In this document: one piece after another, positions 36,195 through 45,134 of the stretch | Position numbering within the stretch: position 1 is the first letter of the stretch | Layout: the number at the start of each line of letters is the position of its first letter | Virus record (IMG/VR): IMGVR_UViG_3300042695_000876 | Span: 1 to 54,248 of that record | DNA from: a virus | Lineage: Duplodnaviria > Caudoviricetes | Length of the DNA stretch: 54,248 nt | Direction: 5' to 3' (one strand) | Program-made: the position numbers and the translations under genes | The notes under the pieces: model-generated | Told to the model about the DNA's origin: nothing | Seen by the model: only the letters and a program-made list of their open reading frames with translations | The model's database searches: none

Positions 36195-36472
36195 TGTTTG
36201 AAGATACGCTAACTGTTCGCTACTACGCTCGTCCAAAAGGTCATATGAGAGAACTTGATATTACTAATATCTATCCAGAAGATGTTCGATTCTTTGTTGA
36301 GATGGATATCCAAGTCTCTATGGAAGAGTTGTCAACTGGTCAGTTTGTAGTATATGCTTGTCCTCGTAATGATGAATCTGAGGAGAGTGAAGTGATGGTA
36401 TTTGATAATGGAAGGTCTTGTCAGGAAACTATGAAAGCCCTTCGCGAAGAATATGAGAAGGCTTTTCTATGA
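36191..36472 (+). CDS. Hypothetical protein
   Basis: ORF track; coupled to neighbours. Confidence 0.6.
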   Translation: MMFEDTLTVRYYARPKGHMRELDITNIYPEDVRFFVEMDIQVSMEELSTGQFVVYACPRNDESEESEVMVFDNGRSCQETMKALREEYEKAFL

Positions 36473-36708
36473 TGAAAGACATCATTCAAAATACTCCTGG
36501 TACGATTGCAGAGACTAAGAAGTGGCGTGACAAGAATCCAGAAATGCTTCTGGCTAATGCTGCGTATAATGGAAAGGCATCTATTCTTATGGATGAACTA
36601 AATGATATTCGATACACTCGAGTAACTGACATTGATGATGTAAACCAAAAGATTGATAAGCTGATTGAAATTATGCTTCGTGGCATTGAATTTAAAGGAA
36701 CATACTAA
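36469..36708 (+). CDS. Hypothetical protein
   Basis: ORF track; coupled to neighbours. Confidence 0.55.
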   Translation: MMKDIIQNTPGTIAETKKWRDKNPEMLLANAAYNGKASILMDELNDIRYTRVTDIDDVNQKIDKLIEIMLRGIEFKGTY

Positions 36709-37196
36709 TGGCTAGGATGGAATGGGCTGCGCAAGAGCTAAAACTTGCAGGATACGATATTAATGATCCAGAAGACGGGCCAAATCGCTGGCTTGCAGAA
36801 GGGACACTCGAACTACTGAAAGTGTTCTCGGAACAAGGACATAGTGGTATGTCTGCACCGTATGCAGTAGCTCTCTTTGAAAAACTTGCATTATGGAAAC
36901 CTATCGCACCGTTGACTGGTGAAGACGACGAGTGGAACGAAGTTGGACCTGACGTATGGCAGAACCGCCGCAACAGTGTGGTGTTTAAAGGAGAGGATGG
37001 TCAGGCATACTGGATCGAGGGCCGAGTGTTCTGGGAGTGGGCTACGCATCCTGAGATCGACGATGGTAAACCGTTCAAGAGTCACTATACAAGTCGTGAA
37101 AGCCGAGTAAACATTACATTTCCTTGGACGCAACCAGACCAGAGCGAGTATGTGTTTGTTCCTACAGAAGAGTTTCCAAATGAAGAATTAGAATGA
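36708..37196 (+). CDS. Conserved hypothetical phage protein
   Basis: ELLKVFSEQGHSGMSA...PIAPLTGEDDEW...QNRR.S.VFK motif. Confidence 0.7.
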   Translation: MARMEWAAQELKLAGYDINDPEDGPNRWLAEGTLELLKVFSEQGHSGMSAPYAVALFEKLALWKPIAPLTGEDDEWNEVGPDVWQNRRNSVVFKGEDGQAYWIEGRVFWEWATHPEIDDGKPFKSHYTSRESRVNITFPWTQPDQSEYVFVPTEEFPNEELE

Positions 37197-37564
37197 ATGA
37201 ATTCCGAGTACTCGTATGTGGAGGGAGAGACTATGACAACCGAGAACGACTCTTTAAAGTCCTCGACAAAGCACTGGAAGCTGCAACCTTGGCAGGAAAA
37301 TCTTTTGCTTTGGCACATGGAGGAGCAAGAGGGGCGGATAGTCATTCACATGAGTGGGCGAAGACAAGGCAAGTCAGCAATATTAGAGTGTATAAAGCGG
37401 ACTGGGAAACTCATGGAAGACGAGCAGGACCGATACGAAACATAAAGATGTTGACAGAATCACGACCACATGTTATTATAGCATTTAAGGGCGGTAAAGG
37501 TACTGCTCACATGGTCCGTATTGGAAAGGAAGCCGGTGTTCCGGTATACGAGGTGAAAGAATGA
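37193..37564 (+). CDS. SLOG-family (DUF2493/YspA-like) protein
   Basis: VLVCGGRDY, HGGARGAD, ADW..HGRRAGPIRN..M, AF.GGKGT..M. Confidence 0.85.
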   Translation: MNEFRVLVCGGRDYDNRERLFKVLDKALEAATLAGKSFALAHGGARGADSHSHEWAKTRQVSNIRVYKADWETHGRRAGPIRNIKMLTESRPHVIIAFKGGKGTAHMVRIGKEAGVPVYEVKE

Positions 37565-37809
37565 AATTTCCTGATGTAAATGATCTCTCAAAAGATGACG
37601 AGAATCAAATTCTATCACTTGCCGAAAAGATCAAAAATCGTAGACTAACCGAAAAGCAATTTGAAAGCTTTCAGTCTAGCAAGAATATTAGTATTCGTTG
37701 GGATGCTAGTTTTAAAGATTTTGGCTTTAGCTATTGCAATGTTACAGTTACTCCAGAAGAAGTTGAACACATTGTAAGAGAAAAATTAAACTTTAAGGTA
37801 AAAGAATGA
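37561..37809 (+). CDS. Hypothetical protein
   Basis: GAGGTG RBS; ORF track. Confidence 0.55.
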   Translation: MKFPDVNDLSKDDENQILSLAEKIKNRRLTEKQFESFQSSKNISIRWDASFKDFGFSYCNVTVTPEEVEHIVREKLNFKVKE

Positions 37810-37982
37810 TTAACACAGCTGGTGTATATATTTTGATTTTGATTTTCCAACAACCGGCAAATGGTGTTGCAATGACAACGCATGAGTTTTCAAATTTTGA
37901 TTCATGCCAAGCCGCTATCACTCAACTTGAACCTGTCCATGGACTTGCTGCATATTGTATTGCAAAGGAAGTAAAAGAATGA
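37806..37982 (+). CDS. Small protein with hydrophobic N-terminus and a Cys pair (58 aa, not in ORF track)
   Basis: MINTAGVYILILIFQQPANGVA..EFSNFDSCQAA...AYCIAK; ATGA overlaps on both sides. Confidence 0.65.
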   Translation: MINTAGVYILILIFQQPANGVAMTTHEFSNFDSCQAAITQLEPVHGLAAYCIAKEVKE

Positions 37983-38437
37983 ATATTTGGATTGATTGCG
38001 AATTCAATGAGTTTGGCGGTGACCTCATCTCTATGGCTCTCGTTGCTGATGACGGGCAAGAGTTCTATGAGGTGTTGAACCTTGAAAAGGAAGAGAAATA
38101 CGGTTCTTGGGTGTTTGCTAATGTTGTACCTTGGTTGAATAAAGATCCGATCGACAAACAAGTATTCCAAGCAAAACTCTGGGCATTCATTAATCAATGG
38201 GATGATGTTCATATCATTGCAGACTGGCCAGATGATATTAAGTATTTCTGTATGTATCTCATCACTGCGCCTGGAATGTGCATTGGAACACCTATGAACA
38301 CGACTATGCAGATTGATAGAACTTTGAATACCGAGTCGAGTGCTATTCTGCATAACGCTTTAGAAGATGCTCGTGCTATTCGTCGTAGTTGGTACAAGTG
38401 GAGAAACGAAATGTTTGGATACGGAGTAACAGAATGA
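37979..38437 (+). CDS. DEDDh 3'-5' exo(ribo)nuclease (DUF5051/Rv2179c-like)
   Basis: IDCEF..LISMALV, ADWPDD, HNALEDA. Confidence 0.8.
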   Translation: MNIWIDCEFNEFGGDLISMALVADDGQEFYEVLNLEKEEKYGSWVFANVVPWLNKDPIDKQVFQAKLWAFINQWDDVHIIADWPDDIKYFCMYLITAPGMCIGTPMNTTMQIDRTLNTESSAILHNALEDARAIRRSWYKWRNEMFGYGVTE

Positions 38438-38730
38438 GCGAACCCGTAATTCTTGAGTATAAAACTCTAGAAGAAGCTGTTGCTGCAGCCGACTATTGGC
38501 GCGATAAGGCACAAAAGCTTGAAAAAGCTCTTGAGCTCTACGAACGCGAGAGGGCAAGATTTCGTCATACTCATCCTGAAATCACTGGTGCATATTTTCT
38601 AGCTGGTGGTCATGGACTCAAAGATCATAACATGCTCCCTCAATTTGTTGAGATCTGCCCTGCATACGGCTGCGCGTGGGTCAGCATTTATGAAGATACT
38701 GGAAGAACAATTAGCTATGAGGGCTCATAA
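38434..38730 (+). CDS. Hypothetical protein
   Basis: GGAG RBS, ATG 38434; LPQFVEICPAYG motif. Confidence 0.6.
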   Translation: MSEPVILEYKTLEEAVAAADYWRDKAQKLEKALELYERERARFRHTHPEITGAYFLAGGHGLKDHNMLPQFVEICPAYGCAWVSIYEDTGRTISYEGS

Positions 38731-39071
38731 TGGTACCTGAAAAACCAGCAACTGGAATTCTAAAGCAAGGCGATTATGGCGATGCTATGTTCTATTATGT
38801 TCAATGCGATTGTAGTGATCCAGACTGTGCTCATACCCTTGAAGTAGAAGCTGACGATATGCACGTTCAAGTTCACATATATAATACAGTACATACAAAA
38901 TGGTGGGAGAAAAATCGCTGGAAACAAATCTGGCAACTGCTCACTAAAGGTTATGCTGAGATGCAAACCACGCTTGTACTGAATGAACAAACTGCTTTAA
39001 ATTATGCTGATACTCTTGTATCTGCTATGGATGATGTAAAGGAATTCCGCGCCAATGCAAAAGACAAATAA
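38730..39071 (+). CDS. Hypothetical protein
   Basis: CDC..PDC.H putative metal site. Confidence 0.6.
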   Translation: MVPEKPATGILKQGDYGDAMFYYVQCDCSDPDCAHTLEVEADDMHVQVHIYNTVHTKWWEKNRWKQIWQLLTKGYAEMQTTLVLNEQTALNYADTLVSAMDDVKEFRANAKDK

Positions 39072-39678
39072 AAACGTTGATCTTCTAGATCTTTTTAAAA
39101 CTCCGCATAAACAAAGCGAGCGTTACACCAGCAAGACAGCTGTAAATATTCATGAGTTCTATCTGTGCGGAACTATCGAGTCTGCAGAAGAATACATTGA
39201 ATGGTTCGATCTTATTCGAAATTCTAGTCAAAACGACATTATTAAAATTCATATCAACTCGTATGGCGGCGATCTTTTTACCGCAATTCAATTCCTTCGA
39301 GTATTGACAGAAACACAAGGTAGTGTTATTATATCTGTAGAAGGTGCTTGTATGAGCGCCGCGACTATTATTCTCATGTGTGGTCACCAGTTCGAGGTAT
39401 CTGAACACTCGATGTTCATGTTCCATAACTATTCAAGTGGTGTAATTGGTAAAGGTGGCGAGATGTTTGACCAACTTAAGCATGAGCGCGTTTGGTCTGA
39501 AAAGCTGCATCGCGACATCTATGCTGACTTCCTCACAGAAAAAGAAATCACTTCTATTCTTGAGAACAAAGATATCTGGATGGATGGTGACGAAGTTGTT
39601 AAGCGCCTGAAGAAGAAAGTCAAGAAGCAGGAAAAAGAAGAGAAAGCAGAGAAAGCTGATGACAAGCAAGCAGAATGA
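39055..39678 (+). CDS. clpP: ClpP/S14-like serine protease
   Basis: HINSYGG, GACMSAAT (catalytic Ser), MFMFHN (His), KDIWM (Asp). Confidence 0.8.
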   Translation: MQKTNKNVDLLDLFKTPHKQSERYTSKTAVNIHEFYLCGTIESAEEYIEWFDLIRNSSQNDIIKIHINSYGGDLFTAIQFLRVLTETQGSVIISVEGACMSAATIILMCGHQFEVSEHSMFMFHNYSSGVIGKGGEMFDQLKHERVWSEKLHRDIYADFLTEKEITSILENKDIWMDGDEVVKRLKKKVKKQEKEEKAEKADDKQAE

Positions 39679-40021
39679 TTATAAAGAACTTCCATGCCGT
39701 CGTTGTGGACGAGTATGGAAGTGGGCATTCGATAAAAAGACAGAGCCATGCTGCCCAGAAGGATATGGTTGTGCGGTTGAAGGACCGTCTACCCGTGAAC
39801 TATTTGATGAAGTAATTCGACGTTTGGATGTTATTGAAATGAAAATTCGTAGTATACCCCCTGTTTATCCTACACCTTCTTTAGAGATGAACGAAAATAT
39901 GCGAGAGTGCTCTAAGTGTGGCATGGTATGGAAAGGTGTTATGGGATACGTCTGCTCAAATACACAGTGCCCTGTTCAACCTAAGGTTAGTTGGCAATCA
40001 CACAATACTAGTTCTAAATAA
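39659..40021 (+). CDS. Cys-rich hypothetical protein
   Basis: CRRC, CC....C, CSKCG...C...C motifs. Confidence 0.5.
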   Translation: MTSKQNDYKELPCRRCGRVWKWAFDKKTEPCCPEGYGCAVEGPSTRELFDEVIRRLDVIEMKIRSIPPVYPTPSLEMNENMRECSKCGMVWKGVMGYVCSNTQCPVQPKVSWQSHNTSSK

Positions 40022-40030
40022 GGAATAAAA

Positions 40031-40762
40031 ATGAAAGTACGTATAGGACCTTACAAAGACTGGTTCGGCCCGTATCAACTGGCTCAAAAAATCCTGTTTT
40101 GGGTTCCCAAAGAAAAAGATGAATACGGGTTTCCGCATACTGCTGACTGTGTTCATCGTTTTGGCGAATGGCTTGCTCACGGTAGCATTCTTCCAGAACC
40201 TGAAGTAGGGGAAGAAAATTCGTGGGGTGACGATCGTCCTAATACTTGGATCTATAAGCTTTTGCTTTGGATCGAGCAGAAGAAAAAGCGTAAAATTCAT
40301 GTTCATATCGACCGTTGGGATACTTGGAACATGGAAACTACTCTTGGTTACATTGTTCGACCTATGCTCAAGCAACTTAAAGAAAAGAAGCATGGTGCTC
40401 CAGATGTAGATGCTGAAGACGTTCCTGAGCATATGCGTCCGAGTGAAACCGATCTTAAAGCTTACAGTAGAGAGGGTACAACTGACGATCTGTTCTTTGA
40501 ACGTTGGGATTGGATCATGGATGAAATGATCTTTGCGTTTGAAAGTCTAGATGGTGGTGCTAACCAAGATTGGGAAGATCGGTTCACTACTGGTGAGTAT
40601 GACTTTCGCTTTAAAAAAATCGACGAAAAAGGCACCAGCGAAATGGTTCGTGGTCCTAAACACACCGCTGAAACAGATTGGGAAGGTCGCAAAGCATACG
40701 CTGCACGTATCCAAAACGGCTTCCGTCTTTTCGGTAAATATTACCAGAATTTGTGGGATTAA
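40031..40762 (+). CDS. Conserved hypothetical T4-like phage protein
   Basis: IDRWDTWNM..TL..I..PMLKQLK..KHGAP.VD.EDVP, RWDWIMDEMIFAF, NGFRLFGKYY..LWD. Confidence 0.75.
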   Translation: MKVRIGPYKDWFGPYQLAQKILFWVPKEKDEYGFPHTADCVHRFGEWLAHGSILPEPEVGEENSWGDDRPNTWIYKLLLWIEQKKKRKIHVHIDRWDTWNMETTLGYIVRPMLKQLKEKKHGAPDVDAEDVPEHMRPSETDLKAYSREGTTDDLFFERWDWIMDEMIFAFESLDGGANQDWEDRFTTGEYDFRFKKIDEKGTSEMVRGPKHTAETDWEGRKAYAARIQNGFRLFGKYYQNLWD

Positions 40763-40764
40763 AC

Positions 40765-41001
40765 ATGTTTACAATTGAAACAGAATGGGATGAGCTTGGC
40801 ATTAGAATTCTAGATCAAACAGGCCAATATGAAGATGTAGAGTTTCTAATCTATGATGATGTAGTATACATCAGGCAATGGGATGAGGATCTAGAGCAGC
40901 ATTATATTATCACATTGTCCCCACAACAATTTGAAGAATTAACTTACGCTATGAATTTACCAGAAGGAGCGTATGTTGTTGACAGGAGACAGGAGAATTG
41001 A
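40765..41001 (+). CDS. Hypothetical protein
   Basis: MFTIE...EDV...VYIRQW...AMNLPEGAY. Confidence 0.6.
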   Translation: MFTIETEWDELGIRILDQTGQYEDVEFLIYDDVVYIRQWDEDLEQHYIITLSPQQFEELTYAMNLPEGAYVVDRRQEN

Positions 41002-41252
41002 TTACTATTTACGGAACTAGTGTTTGTTCTTATTGTTTAAGAGCAAAGAACCTTGCAAAAAGATATGGTCTTGAACACGAATTCAAGAACATTGAGTTTG
41101 ATTATTTCAAAAAAGAACTTGATGGAAGAGTAGACTTTGAGTATAAGACTGTTCCACAAATTTGGTGGGACAATCGATACATTGGTGGTTATGACGATCT
41201 TTCAAAAGAAATAGAAAACACCATCGGCGGGTATGGTGAGGGAAAATTTTAG
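40998..41252 (+). CDS. Glutaredoxin
   Basis: CSYC, TVPQI, YIGGY; TTG start after AGGAG. Confidence 0.9.
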   Translation: MITIYGTSVCSYCLRAKNLAKRYGLEHEFKNIEFDYFKKELDGRVDFEYKTVPQIWWDNRYIGGYDDLSKEIENTIGGYGEGKF

Positions 41253-41281
41253 TTGACATTCGTTTAAACTTAGTATATTGT
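41253..41281 (+). promoter_or_regulatory. Sigma70-type early promoter
   Basis: TTGACA-N17-TATTGT. Confidence 0.55.
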
Positions 41282-41304
41282 GTAAATAATGACGGAGGAT
41301 ACGA

Positions 41305-41643
41305 ATGTCTATGCATATGATTCGCGGTGTGCAAGTCCATGGTAAATCTAAGATCAATCGTAAACCGGGTTGGAAACAACGCCAAGAGGAGCACGAAGCT
41401 TATCTTAGAAGTTTGGGTGTAACTGGTAAAAAGTCAGACTATCGCTATGAGATTCCTGATTACAAAACAGGCCCTCGAGTGACGAGTGACAAAGTTGCTG
41501 GTAATGGCACCAAAAAAGAAAGTATGCGATACACTGGTGATGAAATCATGGGTATTGTCGATACTCATAAATCAAATGCCATGCCTATCAGAAAAGATAA
41601 CAAGCAAGCAGCTGTTGATGCTGCGCAGATGAGAAGATCTTAA
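41305..41643 (+). CDS. Conserved hypothetical phage protein
   Basis: YTG..IMGI...HKSNA.P...A.D.A.MRR motif; GGAGG RBS. Confidence 0.7.
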   Translation: MSMHMIRGVQVHGKSKINRKPGWKQRQEEHEAYLRSLGVTGKKSDYRYEIPDYKTGPRVTSDKVAGNGTKKESMRYTGDEIMGIVDTHKSNAMPIRKDNKQAAVDAAQMRRS

Positions 41644-41664
41644 TCCGGAAAATCCGGACTATCA

Positions 41665-41699
41665 AATAAATACCTCTATTAACTTAGAGGTATTTTTTT
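41665..41699 (+). promoter_or_regulatory. Late promoter overlapping an RBS-sequestering hairpin
   Basis: AATAAATA 41665-72; AAATACCTCTA/TAGAGGTATTT stem 41668-41695 contains the GAGG RBS of 41700. Confidence 0.7.
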
Positions 41700-42116
41700 A
41701 TGTGGTTATACAATGGTGAAGAATTTACGAGCGAAATGATTGACAAATATGTTGGTTTTGTGTATATTATAACTGATCTATCAAATAGTAAAAAGTATGT
41801 AGGTAAAAAACTGTTTCAATCGAAGCGCAAGCTTGCTCCTCTCAAGGGTAAGACTCGCAAGAGAACGAAAATACTAGAGTCTGATTGGATGAACTATTAT
41901 GGCTCATCTGAAGAGGTTAAGCAGTTGGTCGAAGAAAGAGGAGCTGAGAACTTTAAGAGAGAGATATTACATCTTTGTGATACGAGAGGCATAATGTCTT
42001 ACCTTGAAGCTAAAGAACAGTTTGATAGAAATGTGTTACTTGACGATAGTTACTACAATGGAATCATTCAGTGTAAAATACACAGAAGTCATGTAAAAGG
42101 TTTAAAAAACAGTTGA
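41700..42116 (+). CDS. GIY-YIG family endonuclease-like protein
   Basis: GFVY..T......KYVGKK, YYGSS, F.REIL, YLEAKEQ, YYN. Confidence 0.75.
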   Translation: MWLYNGEEFTSEMIDKYVGFVYIITDLSNSKKYVGKKLFQSKRKLAPLKGKTRKRTKILESDWMNYYGSSEEVKQLVEERGAENFKREILHLCDTRGIMSYLEAKEQFDRNVLLDDSYYNGIIQCKIHRSHVKGLKNS

Positions 42117-42140
42117 CATTTTTTCTGGTTGTATTATATT
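42113..42140 (+). promoter_or_regulatory. Sigma70-type early promoter
   Basis: A-tract, TTGACA-N16-TATATT. Confidence 0.7.
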
Positions 42141-42180
42141 GGCTATATGCAACGATTCTGTGGCAAAGGAGATAAAGACT

Positions 42181-42408
42181 ATGATTATTCAGCGTAAAAG
42201 TATTCTTACTGGTGTTGTTCGTACTCGAGATATTCCCGTGAACCCTGAAGACATGGCTCTTTGGTCGGGTGGCTTTGTCTCGCTTCAAGAAGCTATGCCG
42301 TACCTTAATAACAACGACCGTGAATTCATTCTCACTGGTATCACCTCAGAAGAATGGTCAAAAGCTTTTGCGGAGCAGCTAGAAGAGATCGTAGCAGATA
42401 CACTATGA
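42181..42408 (+). CDS. Conserved small phage protein
   Basis: AAGGAG RBS; S.LTG...DIPV...LQEAMPYL...REFILTGIT.EEW. Confidence 0.7.
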   Translation: MIIQRKSILTGVVRTRDIPVNPEDMALWSGGFVSLQEAMPYLNNNDREFILTGITSEEWSKAFAEQLEEIVADTL

Positions 42409-43049
42409 TTATACTCTTTAACGGCCCTCCAGGCACAGGGAAAGATGCTGCAGCTGATTTCTTTAAAGAAAAAGGCTTCAAGCATCTTTCCTTTAAATAC
42501 CAACTTTTCAGAGAAACGATCTCGTTCTTTGCTGTTGATGAAAAATGGTTCATGGATGGATACAAGGATCGCCTCATTAAAGAACAACCAGAAGAACTTC
42601 TCGAGGGAATGTCTCGCAGAGAAGCTATGATTTATGTTTCAGAAGAAATTACAAAGCCGGCCTTTGGCGAAGATATTTTCGGAAAACAAGTCGCAGATGA
42701 AATAGATATCACGAGAGACTATTGTATCTCAGACGGCGGCTTTATTGATGAACTTATACCAGTTATAAATAAAGTTGGTTCCGAAAACTTCGTACTAGTT
42801 CAGTTGACGCGCGAAGGCCACGATTATTCTTCAGATTCAAGACGCTATCTAGATGGTAATCTATATGTAGAATTTGTGAATTCACACAATACTCCCATCG
42901 AAAAGAAGTACGTCTTACCACACAAGTTTGAAGTAAAGATGTACAGAATTCATAACAATGGAACTCTCGGAGCCTTTTACGAAGTACTTAAAGATATTTA
43001 CGAAAAGGAAGTACATGAAACAAGAAAACAAAGAGAAGCGTGTACATAG
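42405..43049 (+). CDS. Deoxynucleoside monophosphate kinase (T4 gp1-like)
   Basis: NGPPGTGKD, LSFK, SRREAMIYVSE..KP.FG...FG, ISDGGF. Confidence 0.75.
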   Translation: MIILFNGPPGTGKDAAADFFKEKGFKHLSFKYQLFRETISFFAVDEKWFMDGYKDRLIKEQPEELLEGMSRREAMIYVSEEITKPAFGEDIFGKQVADEIDITRDYCISDGGFIDELIPVINKVGSENFVLVQLTREGHDYSSDSRRYLDGNLYVEFVNSHNTPIEKKYVLPHKFEVKMYRIHNNGTLGAFYEVLKDIYEKEVHETRKQREACT

Positions 43050-43236
43050 GATATTTTACGAAAATCCGTATGATATAGAAACTTTTTTCGAAGGTCTTAC
43101 CATAGCAAGCAAAAATAATAAAGAATTACAGTTTGTAGATAGATTTATAACTCAATTACGATTAGACCCGACACAAGAAGTTGCAAGTATAACATTCAAC
43201 ATTCTTCGAGATTTTGAAATAATTAAATATAATTAA
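43015..43236 (+). CDS. Hypothetical protein
   Basis: AAGGA RBS before ATG 43015. Confidence 0.5.
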   Translation: MKQENKEKRVHRIFYENPYDIETFFEGLTIASKNNKELQFVDRFITQLRLDPTQEVASITFNILRDFEIIKYN

Positions 43237-43257
43237 ATTTGAAAAGGAGCTTACATT

Positions 43258-43533
43258 ATGGCTAAAAAAGGTGGAAAATCTAAAGGCTTCATCAGCAAGG
43301 GCATTCATAGCAATGTTTCGAGCGGTACTCTTAACGCAGTTCGAGCTGAGAGAAGTGAAGCAGATAACGCGCTTAACAAGCAAAAAGCATGGCTTGATGG
43401 TTCGAACCCTTGGGTTACCATCGACAATCCCAACAAAGAACAAACCAATAAGCGCAAGATTCGTGTTCGCATGAACGATCTTCGCGGTGGTTCTGCTAAA
43501 GATCTTGAAAAACGCGCATACGTAATGAAATAA
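43258..43533 (+). CDS. Basic conserved hypothetical protein
   Basis: AAGGAG RBS; AW..G.NPWVTI.NPN...TNK. Confidence 0.7.
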   Translation: MAKKGGKSKGFISKGIHSNVSSGTLNAVRAERSEADNALNKQKAWLDGSNPWVTIDNPNKEQTNKRKIRVRMNDLRGGSAKDLEKRAYVMK

Positions 43534-43547
43534 GAGGATTTTAGATT

Positions 43548-43817
43548 ATGGAAGCCCAGTGGAATAAAGAAGCGCTCTTAGAGGCTTTGCACGACGGTAT
43601 TTGTGAAGTTACATTTACTAAAAAGAACGGCGAAGAGCGAGTAATGGCTTGCACGCTCAACGAAGGATTTCTTCCTACACAAATAGACATTGAAGAGGCT
43701 ATTCAAAAGAAGAAGCCTAACCCTGAAGTGCTCGCTGTTTGGGATACTGATGTTGGTGGATGGAGATCTTTCCGTTGGGATTCGCTTAAAGATTTTAAGA
43801 AGGAGATTAATCTGTGA
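43548..43817 (+). CDS. SH3/Sm-like beta-barrel protein (WYL_2/DUF2693-like)
   Basis: VTFTKKNGEERVM.CTL, VWD....GWRSFR. Confidence 0.75.
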   Translation: MEAQWNKEALLEALHDGICEVTFTKKNGEERVMACTLNEGFLPTQIDIEEAIQKKKPNPEVLAVWDTDVGGWRSFRWDSLKDFKKEINL

Positions 43818-44764
43818 GTTGTATCTACAAAGGTGAAGTCGTAGAGACTGAGTTGTCTAAGAACTCAAAAGGTGGCACAGAAATGATGCGCCAACGTCTT
43901 ATCGACAATGTTGATAAAGAGCTATTGAAAGGCTATGCCATTCACCTTTCTCGTCCTCGTCAGATCTATGACGATGTAAAGAATATCCTGTGGTGCCATG
44001 ACCTTGCAGGCGATCCCGAAAACAAAATTCTTATGAACGACGGTTGGAAGAAGTTCGATCATTTTGTTTTCGTTACCGCATGGCAGCGTGATCAGTATAT
44101 CACTTACTTTGGTCTTCCTTACTCTAAGTGTTCTGTAATTCGTAACGCGATCGAGAAGCGTTATGAGCCAAAGAAGAAAAATACTGACACTATTCGTTTC
44201 ATCTATCATACGACACCTCATCGTGGATTAGAGCTTCTGTATCCTATCTTTGATGCTCTGTCTCAGGAATATAGCAACATTCATCTTGATGTGTATTCTT
44301 CATTTGCGATCTATGGCTGGCCTCAAAGGGATAATCCTTATACAGACTTGTTTGAGAAGATTCATAATCATCCCCAGATGACTTATCATGGATCTGTTTC
44401 AAACGAAGAAGTTCTGAAAGCTCTTGATAATGCTCACGTATTTCTTTATCCAAACATTTGGCTAGAGACTTCTTGTATTGCTTTGATTGAAGCTATTAGA
44501 AGTCAGGTTCTTTGCATCCATCCGAATCACGGTGCTCTTACGGAAACTGCAGGACAGGCTACAGTAGTATATGACTTTAATGAAGATCCTACGACTCATG
44601 CAAACATCGCGTATGCAATTGCAAAGGGTGTGATCGAGCATCAAAATGCTGATCCTAACTTCTTCGATAGGTTCACTGTGTCAGACCGCTTTGGTCTTGT
44701 AGCAAATGATATAAATACTTTTAGTAGCATGTGGACAAAGTTGCTTAGAGAAAAGTATGAATAA
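43814..44764 (+). CDS. GT-B glycosyltransferase (GT4-like)
   Basis: GGTE, LWCHD, YHTTPHRGL, YPNIWLETSCIALIEA (Ex7E), GALTET. Confidence 0.85.
   Translation: MSCIYKGEVVETELSKNSKGGTEMMRQRLIDNVDKELLKGYAIHLSRPRQIYDDVKNILWCHDLAGDPENKILMNDGWKKFDHFVFVTAWQRDQYITYFGLPYSKCSVIRNAIEKRYEPKKKNTDTIRFIYHTTPHRGLELLYPIFDALSQEYSNIHLDVYSSFAIYGWPQRDNPYTDLFEKIHNHPQMTYHGSVSNEEVLKALDNAHVFLYPNIWLETSCIALIEAIRSQVLCIHPNHGALTETAGQATVVYDFNEDPTTHANIAYAIAKGVIEHQNADPNFFDRFTVSDRFGLVANDINTFSSMWTKLLREKYE
44710..44717 (+). promoter_or_regulatory. Possible late promoter
   Basis: Exact TATAAATA 40 nt before ATG 44757, inside the upstream CDS. Confidence 0.4.
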
Positions 44765-45098
44765 CATCATTGACTTCGCAAAATTTAAAAACGACCTTGA
44801 TTCTCTAGAAGAAATTGAAGAAGATACTGAAGAAGTAATTCCTTCTGATATGTTAGTAGAAAGAATCTGGGCTAACGCTTTGCGGGAGCTTGAAAGGTCT
44901 GGTTGTAAACTTTCAAAAGATACACGTTTGTACTTTCCAGCTATGGTTCTCGTATTAGAATCTATTAGATCTTTACATATGCTATCTAATGGAGAAGAAC
45001 ATGCTCTACAAGATTTTGCGCGAGAAGCTCTAGATCAATATGATCTAGAACATCTTTTTGATGAAATACCAGTTGACATTGATGAGGATATGGATTAA
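44757..45098 (+). CDS. Hypothetical acidic protein
   Basis: MNNIIDF start; ESIRS.......EHALQ motif. Confidence 0.6.
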   Translation: MNNIIDFAKFKNDLDSLEEIEEDTEEVIPSDMLVERIWANALRELERSGCKLSKDTRLYFPAMVLVLESIRSLHMLSNGEEHALQDFAREALDQYDLEHLFDEIPVDIDEDMD

Positions 45099-45101
45099 TA
45101 T
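45073..45101 (+). promoter_or_regulatory. Sigma70-type early promoter
   Basis: TTGACA-N17-TAATAT upstream of rnh. Confidence 0.55.
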
Positions 45102-45134
45102 TAATTCATAAATTAACTGTAACATGAGAAAATT

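Noticed and set aside
42764-42771. TATAAATA inside the dNMP kinase gene
   Set aside because: Mid-CDS and about 240 nt from the next start; likely chance in AT-rich DNA.
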